Source of the DNA: Patescibacteria group bacterium
GTDB lineage: Bacteria > Patescibacteriota > Minisyncoccia > UBA6257 > JAAZHW01
Length of the DNA: 64,000 nucleotides
NCBI GenBank assembly: GCA_026415775.1
Contig: JAOAGL010000001.1
Coordinates: forward strand, 334,233-398,232
Reading direction: 5' to 3'
The notes under the pieces: generated by a model
What the model was told of the DNA's origin: nothing
Database searches by the model: none
Seen by the model: the letters and a program-made list of their open reading frames with translations, nothing else
Program-made: the position numbers and the translations under genes
Shown here: positions 32,649 through 43,118 of the stretch, one piece after another
How positions within the stretch are numbered: position 1 is the first letter of the stretch
How the letters are laid out: each line of letters starts with the position of its first letter

Positions 32649-33959
32649 ATGACTACAAAAAAGAAAAATAAAAAAATTAAAAAACAACAGAAAAAATTGA
32701 TAAAAACTCAGAAAAAAACAAAAAGAATTAAGGCAAGAAAAAAAGCCGATTTAAAAAAGAAGAGGGCAACAAAACAAACTTTAGAAACATCGGTAATATT
32801 GCCAAAAATTGCAGTTAAAAACTTGAGAAAAAATAAAGCAAAATCCTCTAAAGAAAATCATCTAATAGAATTGGGGAATTTTCCCGTGATTAAGGTTATC
32901 GGCATTGGCGGTGCAGGCGGAAATATTTTATCAAGAATGAAGCAGGCAAAAATTCAGGGAGTAGAATTTATCGCTGTTAATACCGATTTACAGGATTTAT
33001 ACAAATGCGGCATTCGGCGTCGAATTCATATAGGGAAAAATATTTCTAAAGGAATGGGAACAGGAATGAATCCAGAAATTGGTCGCCAAGCCGCAGAAGA
33101 ATCCCGCCCTCAAATAGAAGAGGCCCTAAAAGGCGCCGATCTCGTTTTTCTAACCTGCGGATTAGGCGGTGGAACTGGTTCTGGCGCTACGCCTGTAATT
33201 GCCGATGTTTGTCAACAGCTCGGGGTTTTAACGGTTGCTGTAATGACAAAACCTTTTTCTTTTGAAGGTAGTAAGCGTTCGCAAATCGCCGAGGAAGCGC
33301 TTTTGAAAATTAAAGATAAAGTAGATTCTTATATAGTTATTCCCAATGACAGAATTTTTAATATCATTGATAATTCAACTCCTCTTTATAAAGCTTTTGA
33401 GTTAATCGATGATATTTTAAGACAATCAGTAAAGGGTATTAGTGATTTAATCAATATGCCCGGTATTATTAATGTTGATTTTTCTGATATAAAGACCATA
33501 TTAAGTAATGCCGGGATGACGTTAATAGGATTAGGAAAGGCCAGTGGGGCAGAGCGCGCTGTAAATGCAGCGAAGAATGCTCTTAATTCTCCATTATTTG
33601 AATATTCTCCTCATATGGCTAAAGGTGTCTTGTTTAATATTATGGGAGATAGTAGTCTGACGATGACGGAAATTAATGAGGCAGCACGTTTAATCACAGA
33701 AATTGTTGATCCTTCTGCCAAAATTATTTTTGGCGCCATGGAAGATCCAAAAATTAAAAAAGGGGAAATAAAAATTATGATTATTGCGGCAGGATTTGAT
33801 AATTCTTCAAAATACCAATCCTACACGGCAAATCAACAAAGAACTATTTCTAAATCTAATATAGAAACTATTACTACAGAAATTAAAGAAGAAAAAGAAT
33901 TAATACCTACAGATTCTCTAGAAGAAATTCCAGCTTTTTTGCGAAAAAAGAAAAAATAA
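32649..33959 (+). CDS. ftsZ: cell division protein FtsZ with Lys-rich N-terminal extension
   Basis: IKVIGIGGAGGN, GGGTGSG, INVDF.D, C-terminal IPAFLR. Confidence 0.99.
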   Translation: MTTKKKNKKIKKQQKKLIKTQKKTKRIKARKKADLKKKRATKQTLETSVILPKIAVKNLRKNKAKSSKENHLIELGNFPVIKVIGIGGAGGNILSRMKQAKIQGVEFIAVNTDLQDLYKCGIRRRIHIGKNISKGMGTGMNPEIGRQAAEESRPQIEEALKGADLVFLTCGLGGGTGSGATPVIADVCQQLGVLTVAVMTKPFSFEGSKRSQIAEEALLKIKDKVDSYIVIPNDRIFNIIDNSTPLYKAFELIDDILRQSVKGISDLINMPGIINVDFSDIKTILSNAGMTLIGLGKASGAERAVNAAKNALNSPLFEYSPHMAKGVLFNIMGDSSLTMTEINEAARLITEIVDPSAKIIFGAMEDPKIKKGEIKIMIIAAGFDNSSKYQSYTANQQRTISKSNIETITTEIKEEKELIPTDSLEEIPAFLRKKKK

Positions 33960-33964
33960 TTCAT

Positions 33965-35995
33965 TTATTCTTTATTTTTTTCTAATTGGGATTCTGGTTT
34001 TGTCCAGGAAGCATAGTTACATTCGGGATAGCGAGAACACCCATAAAAAATCCTTCCTTTCTTTGTTTTTCGTATTACAATATAACCATCATTACACTTC
34101 GGACATTTTAGTTCAGTGAGGTGATTATTATTATTCATTAAACTTTTGGTATTTTTGCACTTGGGAAAATTAGAGCAAGCCAGAAATTTACCATAACGGC
34201 CGTATTTAATTACCATTTCAGCACCGCACAATTCGCATTTTTCATTTGTTTTTTCTTCAATAGTATTTTTAGCTACTTCAATATATTTTTTGTCGAGGTT
34301 TTCTTTAAAAGGAAGGTAAAATTCGCGTATAACATCTTGCCAGTTAATTTTTCCATCGGCAATTTTATCCAAATCTTCTTCAATTTTTGCAGTAAAACCA
34401 ATATCAATAATTTGGGGAAAATGCTGAGTAAGTATATCATCAACTAATATGCCGATTTCTGTTGGTATAAATTTTTTATTTTCATCTAACTCAACGTATC
34501 GTCTTTCTTTTAGGATGGAGATGATTGTGGCATAAGTTGAAGGGCGGCCAATACCATAATCTTCTAGTGTTTTAATCAAACTAGCTTCGGAATAGCGAGG
34601 AGGGGGTTCGGTGAAATGTTGAAGAGGAACAACTTTTTTAACTAATAATTTTTGATTTTCTTGAAGTGGGGGCAATTCATTTTCTTCAAATTTTATCGGA
34701 TAAACTTTTAAAAAACCATCAAAAATTAATTGACTGCCGATAGTTTTAAGGAAAAAAACATCATCATCGTTTTTCGCTTTTATATCAATCAATAATTTTT
34801 TAATTTGAGCCGGCGCCATTTGAGAAGCAATAAATCGTTGCCAAATTAAAGTGTAAAGTTTATAAAGTTTATTATCAACCCTACCTTTAATTTTTTCTGG
34901 TAAAATATTGGGGTCGGTGGGGCGAATAGCTTCGTGAGCTTCTTGAGCGAGGCGAGATTTATTAATAAATTGACGACGATTGTAATATTTTTCCGAGAAT
35001 TGATTTATTATTACTTCTTTGGCTTTATTTAATGACTCCTCTGATAAATTAACGGAGTCAGTCCTCATATAAGTAATTAAACCTGTTGGTCCTTTACCAA
35101 AATCAATTCCTTCGTAAAGCTTTTGAGCTAAAAGCATTGTTTGTTTGGCTGAGAAATGAAGTTTTTTCCAGGCCTCTTGTTGGAGGGTGCTAGTAATGAA
35201 AGGTGGTAGAGGATTTTTTTGGGTTAATTTTTCTTCAATTTTATTTATAATAAAATCTGCCTTTTTCAGTTTATCAACAATTTCTTCAGCATCTTTTTGT
35301 TTTTTTATATCGAATTTACCCAAAACCTTTTCATTAATTTTATAAAGATGGGCACAAAAGCATTTTTTGCTGCCGGTTAGAAAATCAGCTGAAATTGTCC
35401 AATATTCTTCTGGTTGAAATTTTTTGCGTTCATTTTCTCGCTCAACAATTAAATGCAAGGCTGCTGATTGAACTCGTCCAGCAGATAAACCATGAAAAAT
35501 TTTTTTCCAAAGAAAAGGGGAGAGAAGGTAACCGACTAAACGATCTAAAATTCTTCTGGCTTGTTGAGAAAAAACTAGATTCATATTGATATCACGAGGA
35601 TTAAGCAAGGCATTTTTAATAGCTGATTCAGTAATTTCGTGAAAAGCGATACGTTTAATATTTTTATCAGATAAATTATTGTTTAATAAAGTTTCTTTTA
35701 AATGCCAGGCAATGGCTTCTCCTTCACGGTCTTCATCGGTAGCCAGAATAATTTCAGAGCTTTTTTCAGCTATTTTTTTTAATTTCGTTAATTGTTTTTG
35801 ATTTTTTCGAATAATGATATATTGTGGCTTAAAATCATTTTCTATATCAATGCCTAATTTTGATTTTGGCAAATCCCTTACATGGCCATAAGACGCCTCA
35901 ACAAAATAATCAACCGTTAAAAAGCGGCTAATAGTTTTTGCTTTGGTCGGAGACTCTACAATGACTAAATTTTTCTTTTTATTTTTAACAGGCAT
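33965..35995 (-). CDS. topA: DNA topoisomerase I
   Basis: LVIVESP.KAKTI, ATD.DREGE, SAGRVQ, ITYMRTDS, two C-terminal Zn ribbons. Confidence 0.99.
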   Translation of the reverse strand: MPVKNKKKNLVIVESPTKAKTISRFLTVDYFVEASYGHVRDLPKSKLGIDIENDFKPQYIIIRKNQKQLTKLKKIAEKSSEIILATDEDREGEAIAWHLKETLLNNNLSDKNIKRIAFHEITESAIKNALLNPRDINMNLVFSQQARRILDRLVGYLLSPFLWKKIFHGLSAGRVQSAALHLIVERENERKKFQPEEYWTISADFLTGSKKCFCAHLYKINEKVLGKFDIKKQKDAEEIVDKLKKADFIINKIEEKLTQKNPLPPFITSTLQQEAWKKLHFSAKQTMLLAQKLYEGIDFGKGPTGLITYMRTDSVNLSEESLNKAKEVIINQFSEKYYNRRQFINKSRLAQEAHEAIRPTDPNILPEKIKGRVDNKLYKLYTLIWQRFIASQMAPAQIKKLLIDIKAKNDDDVFFLKTIGSQLIFDGFLKVYPIKFEENELPPLQENQKLLVKKVVPLQHFTEPPPRYSEASLIKTLEDYGIGRPSTYATIISILKERRYVELDENKKFIPTEIGILVDDILTQHFPQIIDIGFTAKIEEDLDKIADGKINWQDVIREFYLPFKENLDKKYIEVAKNTIEEKTNEKCELCGAEMVIKYGRYGKFLACSNFPKCKNTKSLMNNNNHLTELKCPKCNDGYIVIRKTKKGRIFYGCSRYPECNYASWTKPESQLEKNKE

Positions 35996-36004
35996 ATTTA
36001 AAAT

Positions 36005-37123
36005 TTAAAACTTCACTTGATATCCGCCCATATCCCACTTAATTAAATTTTTTAATTCCAACAGTGTAATAATTTGATTAACGACGCCAGTATCAAATTC
36101 GGAAATTTTTATAATATCATCAATAGAAAGGGGGGATTCTGATTTCTTTATAATATCCAATATTTTCTTTTCTTCAACAGTTAAATTATTAAATAATGTT
36201 TTTGTTTTTTCAAAATCAATGTTTAGGGTTAAATTCTTTGCAATATTCAATTCATCTAAAATATCTCCGATGTTATGAACTAATTTGGCGCCCGATTTAA
36301 TTAATTGATGATTGCCTTCATAATTCTGGGAAAAAATTGATCCGGGGACGGCGAAAACTTCTCGATTTTGTTCTAGGGCAAAACGAGCCGTAATGAGAGA
36401 GCCAGATTTTAATGGAGCTTCAATCACAATAGTTCCAAGAGCTAAACCGCTAATAATTCTATTGCGAGCTGGGAAATGATGTTTAAGCGGCGGAGTTGAA
36501 AGAGGATATTCCGAAATTAAAGCTCCACTTTTAACAATTCTTTCGGATAATTTTCTATTTGCAGAAGGAAAAATGATGTCCAATCCCGATCCTAATACGG
36601 CAATAGTTTGTCCTTTGTTTTCTAATGTAGTTTGATGACAAATAGTATCAATTCCATAAGCTAATCCGCTAACAGTAATAAATCCACATTCTACTAATTC
36701 TTTTGTAATTTTTTCCGCAACCATTTTTCCATAATTAGTAGCTTTGCGCGTTCCCACAATTGCTATTATTGGTTTATTATTAAAATCAAATTCGCCAAAA
36801 ATATAAATTCCTAAAGGTGGTTCGGCGATTTCTTTTAATAAAGAGGGGTATTCTTTTTCTTCTAATAAAATCAATTTATACTCCCCATCTTCTAATTTTT
36901 CCCATTCTTTTTGAGGATTAATTTTTTGTTTGTTTTGGTAAAAATTCTGGATAGTTTCTAAAGAAAATTTTGGGTAATAATTTAGAAAATCATTATAATC
37001 ATCAACAAACCAGATTTTTTCAAAAGATTTATAAAAATTCTTTAGTTTGCTCAGTAGATTATAATTGCAGGCGCTGGCTAGATTTAAGGCATTGAAATAA
37101 ATTTTTTCCTTCAAATTTTGCAT
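36005..37123 (-). CDS. dprA: DNA-processing protein DprA
   Basis: AIVGTR, VSGLA.GID, FPARNRIISG, SGSLITA, VFAVPG. Confidence 0.97.
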   Translation of the reverse strand: MQNLKEKIYFNALNLASACNYNLLSKLKNFYKSFEKIWFVDDYNDFLNYYPKFSLETIQNFYQNKQKINPQKEWEKLEDGEYKLILLEEKEYPSLLKEIAEPPLGIYIFGEFDFNNKPIIAIVGTRKATNYGKMVAEKITKELVECGFITVSGLAYGIDTICHQTTLENKGQTIAVLGSGLDIIFPSANRKLSERIVKSGALISEYPLSTPPLKHHFPARNRIISGLALGTIVIEAPLKSGSLITARFALEQNREVFAVPGSIFSQNYEGNHQLIKSGAKLVHNIGDILDELNIAKNLTLNIDFEKTKTLFNNLTVEEKKILDIIKKSESPLSIDDIIKISEFDTGVVNQIITLLELKNLIKWDMGGYQVKF

Positions 37124-37191
37124 ATTTTTTGTTAAAATAATAAAGCCTTGTTTTATCAGTGATTTTATCTTATAATATATAAAATTTTTGA

Positions 37192-37800
37192 ATGCTTGTA
37201 AAATCTATGCCCAATAATCAAAATAATCAAGGTAGGAAATCTTTTTTTGCCAATATCGACAAGAGAATAATAAAGTCGCTTACGATTTATGGCATTATAA
37301 TCGCAATTTTTATTCTAGCTTTGATATTATCATTTTCAATTATTAAAAAACAGGGATCTGCAATAAAAAACACAAGAATTGAATATTCGACCTTATTACA
37401 ACAATCAGAAATTTATAGTAATTTACAAAAAAATGCAAAATTATTATTGCCTTATACAAAAAATATTCAAAATTTAATTCCTGATAAAAATCACTTGATT
37501 GATTTTAGTGAATATTTAAATCAATTAGCAAATAAGCATAATTTAGAATTGGGTTTGGTTTTTAAAGAAGTGGGTGCTGACGATGAGAAAAAAATTGTTT
37601 TTCAAAATATTGACCAGGCGACTTTTTCAATAAATATTCGAGGAACATCAGATGATTTTTTGGCCTTCATCAAAGATTTAAAAACATTTCCGTATTTTAT
37701 CGACTTTTATAATTTCAATATTACAAGCACCGGAGTCAATGCTGATAAAAAAGAAGTTTTTTCTTATAATATAGAAGGGAAGGTCTTTATCCAAAAATAA
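37192..37800 (+). CDS. PilO-like single-pass protein
   Basis: TM helix, coiled coil, LIP, then G...F..FI..L...PYF ferredoxin-like pattern. Confidence 0.6.
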   Translation: MLVKSMPNNQNNQGRKSFFANIDKRIIKSLTIYGIIIAIFILALILSFSIIKKQGSAIKNTRIEYSTLLQQSEIYSNLQKNAKLLLPYTKNIQNLIPDKNHLIDFSEYLNQLANKHNLELGLVFKEVGADDEKKIVFQNIDQATFSINIRGTSDDFLAFIKDLKTFPYFIDFYNFNITSTGVNADKKEVFSYNIEGKVFIQK

Positions 37801-37806
37801 AATAAT

Positions 37807-38283
37807 ATGTCTCTTTTTTCAACAAAACAAAAAAATCATAATACTTTTAACCCCAAAGAATTAAATCGCAAACAACTCCAACAGCAAAACTTGATTTTTA
37901 TAATTTCTGCGATTATTATAATAATAGGATTAATTGTGGTGGTGGTGTATACTATCAATTTTTTAGTTGGACAGATGGATGAAATTTTTGAAACAGTAAA
38001 AAATACAGACGTTAATTTAGAGGGATTTGATATTAAAGGATTTAACGAGATAAAAGAAAAATTGCAATTAGGAGGAAGTGAAATAGAGAAATTTTTGGAA
38101 GAAATAGAAGAAACAATAAATCAAACTGCTACTACGACACCAAAAGAAGGTTTTATGGAAGGAGTTACTAGTACTTTAGAAAACGTCACTACTACCGTCA
38201 CTATTACTTCTTCGCCTCCTTCAACTATTTCTGCCACCCCAACAACTACTTTAACAATTACGCCTTCGCCAGAAGGATTCTAA
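37807..38283 (+). CDS. hypothetical single-pass membrane protein with Thr/Ser/Pro-rich tail
   Basis: TM helix at about residues 29-53; low-complexity C-terminus. Confidence 0.7.
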   Translation: MSLFSTKQKNHNTFNPKELNRKQLQQQNLIFIISAIIIIIGLIVVVVYTINFLVGQMDEIFETVKNTDVNLEGFDIKGFNEIKEKLQLGGSEIEKFLEEIEETINQTATTTPKEGFMEGVTSTLENVTTTVTITSSPPSTISATPTTTLTITPSPEGF

Positions 38284-38286
38284 AAT

Positions 38287-38361
38287 GCGTGTGTAGTTCA
38301 GTGGTAGAACGCTGTCCTGATAAGACAGAGGTCGGAGGTTCGATCCCTCCCACACGCACCA
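38287..38361 (+). tRNA. tRNA-Ile(GAT)
   Basis: GCGTGTG/CACACGC acceptor, ctgtc-CTGATAA-gacag, GGTTCGATCC, encoded CCA. Confidence 0.97.
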
Positions 38362-38389
38362 TTGACAAATAATATGTTTTGATTATAAT
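38362..38389 (+). promoter_or_regulatory. consensus sigma70 promoter of the small RNA
   Basis: TTGACA 38362-38367, 16-nt spacer, TATAAT 38384-38389. Confidence 0.85.
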
Positions 38390-38394
38390 AGAAA

Positions 38395-38477
38395 GTGAAG
38401 TGAGTGCTTTTCCTGAACGTTTATTCGTTTAGGAAATCCAATTACCGTGGAAAGCCGCCCGTAAGGGCGGTTTTCTT
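38395..38477 (+). ncRNA. candidate ~80-nt small RNA (arm A - hairpin - arm B - terminator)
   Basis: Own promoter; 11-bp hairpin 38409-38436 with a G-U pair; terminator gaaagccgccc-gtaa-gggcggttttc; arms complementary to 39031-39055. Confidence 0.75.
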
Positions 38478-38551
38478 CATTATTTCTTGATTTTGATTAT
38501 TTTTTTGATATACTTGGGACAGTATTTAAATCTTTAAAAAGGAGGTGCAAA

Positions 38552-38935
38552 GTGATTTTAAAATATTCCGATTTAAATAAGGAAGAGCAAGATATTTTGA
38601 TTAGAGCAAAAGAAGCTAGAAAATTATTCGTTCTTTTTTCAACAGCAGAAGCGGGAGTTACTTTGAAAATAAGCGATGGAAGAATCATGACCCATGGTAA
38701 TCTTGATCCAACGGCTCTATATCCCAGTCTCAATGCTATTCTGGTGCTAATAAAAAATATAAGAAAGAATGACAAAATAGAAAAAATTGCTATTGTAAGT
38801 AATGAAAGTAAAGAAGTTTGGGAAACGGCGATATATGTATTAAAAAGATTCCTAAAAGAGCGGTGTGAAAATGCAGAAATTTTTATTTCAAATCCAACAC
38901 TTGAAATAATAAATAAATACAAATTAACCATTTAA
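38552..38935 (+). CDS. cytidine-deaminase-like protein lacking zinc ligands
   Basis: L..EEQ.IL..AKEA...FS...G..L...DGRI..GN and KIAIVS resemble homotetrameric Cdd; no CAE or PCxxC; AGGAGG, own promoter and terminator. Confidence 0.55.
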   Translation: MILKYSDLNKEEQDILIRAKEARKLFVLFSTAEAGVTLKISDGRIMTHGNLDPTALYPSLNAILVLIKNIRKNDKIEKIAIVSNESKEVWETAIYVLKRFLKERCENAEIFISNPTLEIINKYKLTI

Positions 38936-38963
38936 AAGCGCCCTCTGGCGCTTTTCTATTTTT
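38934..38963 (+). terminator. intrinsic terminator
   Basis: aaaagcgcc / ggcgctttt followed by ctattttt. Confidence 0.75.
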
Positions 38964-39003
38964 AATTGCTCTTTTATAGAAATTGATTATAATATTAAAT
39001 AGA

Positions 39004-39087
39004 TTCGGTTCTATTCTGGCCCGAAGGTTGAGCACTCACTTAAATGGTAATTGGAGTCAACCTCCTTCGGGCCAGAATGGAACGGAA
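39004..39087 (+). ncRNA. GC-rich long hairpin RNA at the 5' end of the murB transcript
   Basis: 24-nt arms 39004-39027/39064-39087 (one mismatch, one U-G); promoter TTGCTC-16-TATAAT at 38966-38993. Confidence 0.7.
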
Positions 39088-39097
39088 GCAAATAAAA

Positions 39098-40030
39098 ATG
39101 GAATTACAAAAAAATATTTTATTAAAACAATTTACCACTTTTCAAATTGGCGGACCAGCTGAATATTTCGTTGAAATTTCCGATTTAGAAGGATTAAAAA
39201 ATTCTATTCAAAAAGCATATCAACAAGACAAACCATTTTTTGTTTTGGGAGGAGGTTCCAACTTGTTGGTTAGTGATAGCGGATTTAAGGGTCTTGTCAT
39301 AAAAATTAAAAATGTGGGAATGGAGTTTCTAGAAAATAATAATCAGATAAAAATAATTGTTTTAGCCGGTACGCCCTTAGCGTTACTTCTTCAAAAAACT
39401 CTTGAAATGGGTTTGACAGGATTAGAATGGGCAGCAGGTATTCCGGGAACAGTGGGAGGAGCGATTTTTGGAAATAGCGGAGCTTATGGGCAAAGCATGG
39501 GTGAATGCATTAACAAAGTTTTAGCTTTAAACCCTCAAACATTTGAAATTTATGAATTTTCTCAAAAAGAATGTGAATTTTCTTACAGAGATAGTATTTT
39601 TAAAAGAAATAACTTTATTATTTTATCTGCTGAAATAATACTTTTGAGAGGGGATAAGGATTTAATTAAGAAAAAAGTAGTAGAATATATAAAAGAAAGG
39701 AGAATGAAAACACCACCATATCCCTCAGCTGGTTGTATTTTTAAAAATATTTCTATTGATAAATTAACACAAGAACAATTAAGGCAAATTCCGCCCGAAA
39801 AAATTAAGGGTGGCAAAGTGCCAGTTGGATATTTAATAGATCAATGTGGTTTAAGAGGAAAAAGAATAGGAGATGCTCAAATTTCAGAAATGCACGCTAA
39901 TTTCATTATTAATTTAGAAAATGCCAAGGCTGCTGAAGTTTATCAGTTAATAAACCTTTGCAAAGAAGCAGTTTTGAATAAATTCGGAATTAATTTAGAA
40001 GAAGAAATTCGTTATTTAGGGAATTTTTAA
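39098..40030 (+). CDS. murB: UDP-N-acetylmuramate dehydrogenase
   Basis: TTF.IGG.A, LGGGSNLL, GIPGTVGGA, FSYRDS.FK, SAGCIFKN, HANF, LEEE; start 39098 preferred over 39044. Confidence 0.97.
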   Translation: MELQKNILLKQFTTFQIGGPAEYFVEISDLEGLKNSIQKAYQQDKPFFVLGGGSNLLVSDSGFKGLVIKIKNVGMEFLENNNQIKIIVLAGTPLALLLQKTLEMGLTGLEWAAGIPGTVGGAIFGNSGAYGQSMGECINKVLALNPQTFEIYEFSQKECEFSYRDSIFKRNNFIILSAEIILLRGDKDLIKKKVVEYIKERRMKTPPYPSAGCIFKNISIDKLTQEQLRQIPPEKIKGGKVPVGYLIDQCGLRGKRIGDAQISEMHANFIINLENAKAAEVYQLINLCKEAVLNKFGINLEEEIRYLGNF

Positions 40031-40059
40031 TAAATAGTCGTTTAAAAAATATAATTTTT

Positions 40060-40437
40060 ATGAATATTAATTATAAAACTAAAAATCTTGTTCTCGATGA
40101 AGAAATAAAAAATTATCTAGAAGATAAAATTAGTAGTCTTATCGAAAAATATCTTTTAAAGCTTGATGAAAAAGAAAATATTCAGGTTGATTGTGAGATT
40201 TCTCGAGAAACCCATCATCAAAAGGGAAATGTTTATTATGTAGAAGTTAATATGGAATTGCCAGGGCGTATTTTAAGAGCAGCAAAATATCATTCCGATA
40301 TTCAGAGCGGAATTGATGAAGTAGAGGGGGATTTAAAAAGACAAATTAAAAAATATCGAGAAATTAATAAAGCTAAAACACGAAAAGATTGGTTAAAATT
40401 AAAAAATTTTATCAGAGGAATTTTTAATAAAGAGTAA
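40060..40437 (+). CDS. raiA: ribosome hibernation factor RaiA/HPF (short form)
   Basis: M.I...KN..L.E.I..Y...K, HH.KG, E....LPG..LRA, ID.V...L.RQI.KY. Confidence 0.88.
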   Translation: MNINYKTKNLVLDEEIKNYLEDKISSLIEKYLLKLDEKENIQVDCEISRETHHQKGNVYYVEVNMELPGRILRAAKYHSDIQSGIDEVEGDLKRQIKKYREINKAKTRKDWLKLKNFIRGIFNKE

Positions 40438-40477
40438 TTCTTGACAAATTTCAAACTAAAAATAAAATTGATTATAA

Positions 40478-40504
40478 TTAGCACTCAAAGGTCGAGAATG
40501 CTAA
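40478..40504 (+). promoter_or_regulatory. CIRCE element (HrcA operator)
   Basis: TTAGCACTC-N9-GAATGCTAA, one mismatch to consensus; downstream of TTGACA-16-TAAAAT (40441-40468), upstream of groES. Confidence 0.92.
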
Positions 40505-40523
40505 TTTAAAAAATTATAAAAAT

Positions 40524-40811
40524 ATGCTCAAACCTTTATCTGATCATATTATTTTAGAACCTATCAAAGAAGAAATGGTTACTGAAGCCGGTATTATTTT
40601 GCCGGAAACAGCAGAAAAAGAAAAACCTCAAAAAGGCAAAGTTATTGCTGTTGGACCAGGTCGTATTAAAGAAGATGGGACAAGAATACCATTAGAGGTA
40701 AAAGTAGGAGATGTTGTTCTTTTTCATCAATATGGACCTTCTGAAATAAAAATTGATAAAAAAGAATATTTGGTCGCCAAAGAAGATGATATTATTGCGA
40801 TAATAGAATAA
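40524..40811 (+). CDS. groES: co-chaperonin GroES
   Basis: LKPL.D, GIILP.TA.KEKP..G.VIAVGPG. Confidence 0.99.
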   Translation: MLKPLSDHIILEPIKEEMVTEAGIILPETAEKEKPQKGKVIAVGPGRIKEDGTRIPLEVKVGDVVLFHQYGPSEIKIDKKEYLVAKEDDIIAIIE

Positions 40812-42515
<1,704 letters not shown>

Positions 42516-42523
42516 TAAAGCTT

Positions 42524-42564
42524 AACAAAAAGCCCGAGTGTTGTCACTCGGGCTTTTTGTTTTT
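42524..42564 (+). terminator. intrinsic terminator of groESL
   Basis: acaaaaagcccgagtg / cactcgggctttttgt plus T-run. Confidence 0.9.
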
Positions 42565-42575
42565 AAAATAATATC

Positions 42576-43064
42576 ATGAGTAAAAATTATATTTTTGTCG
42601 CTATTTTAGATAATATTCGTAGTCTTCTAAATGTTGGTTCTATTTTTAGAACAGCAGAAGCTTTAGGTTTTGAAAAAATTTATTTAGGAGGAATTACACC
42701 ATCTCCCAATTCCGAACATCATAAAAAAATAATACACAAAACTGCTTTGGGTGCAGAAAATTTCTTGCCATGGGAAAAAAATTATAAAACCCTTTCACTT
42801 ATTAAAAAATTAAAAAAAGAGGGTTTTTATATTATTGCTTTAGAGACAATAGCTAAAAGCAAACCCTTAAATAAATTTTTAAATTTACCTAAAAAAAGTC
42901 AAAAAATAGCTTTAATAGTGGGAAATGAAGTGAAAGGAATAAATAAAAAATATTTAAAATATTGTGATAGAATTTTAAATATTCCAATGACGGGCAGAAA
43001 AGAATCTTTAAATGTTTCTGTAGCTTTTGGCATAGGAGCTTTTTGGTTAAAAAATTTAAAATAA
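42576..43064 (+). CDS. TrmH/SpoU family RNA methyltransferase
   Basis: LDNIRS..NVGSIFRTAE, GNE..GI, IPM.G..ESLNVSVA. Confidence 0.93.
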   Translation: MSKNYIFVAILDNIRSLLNVGSIFRTAEALGFEKIYLGGITPSPNSEHHKKIIHKTALGAENFLPWEKNYKTLSLIKKLKKEGFYIIALETIAKSKPLNKFLNLPKKSQKIALIVGNEVKGINKKYLKYCDRILNIPMTGRKESLNVSVAFGIGAFWLKNLK

Positions 43065-43118
43065 CTAAAAAATTTGGTATAATAAATTTAATTAGTCGCT
43101 ATAAAAAACATAAAAAAC

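Noticed and set aside
32649-32870. Lys-rich N-terminal extension of FtsZ
   Set aside because: Low-complexity basic extensions are common in AT-rich genomes; no specific signal visible.
39004-39087. Hairpin read as SRP RNA, 6S RNA or tRNA
   Set aside because: No SRP domain IV motif, too short for 6S, no cloverleaf.
38395-39087. IS110 bridge RNA or H/ACA guide explanation for the RNA pair
   Set aside because: Both arms match the same strand, the order is opposite to an H/ACA pocket, and no recombinase is nearby.
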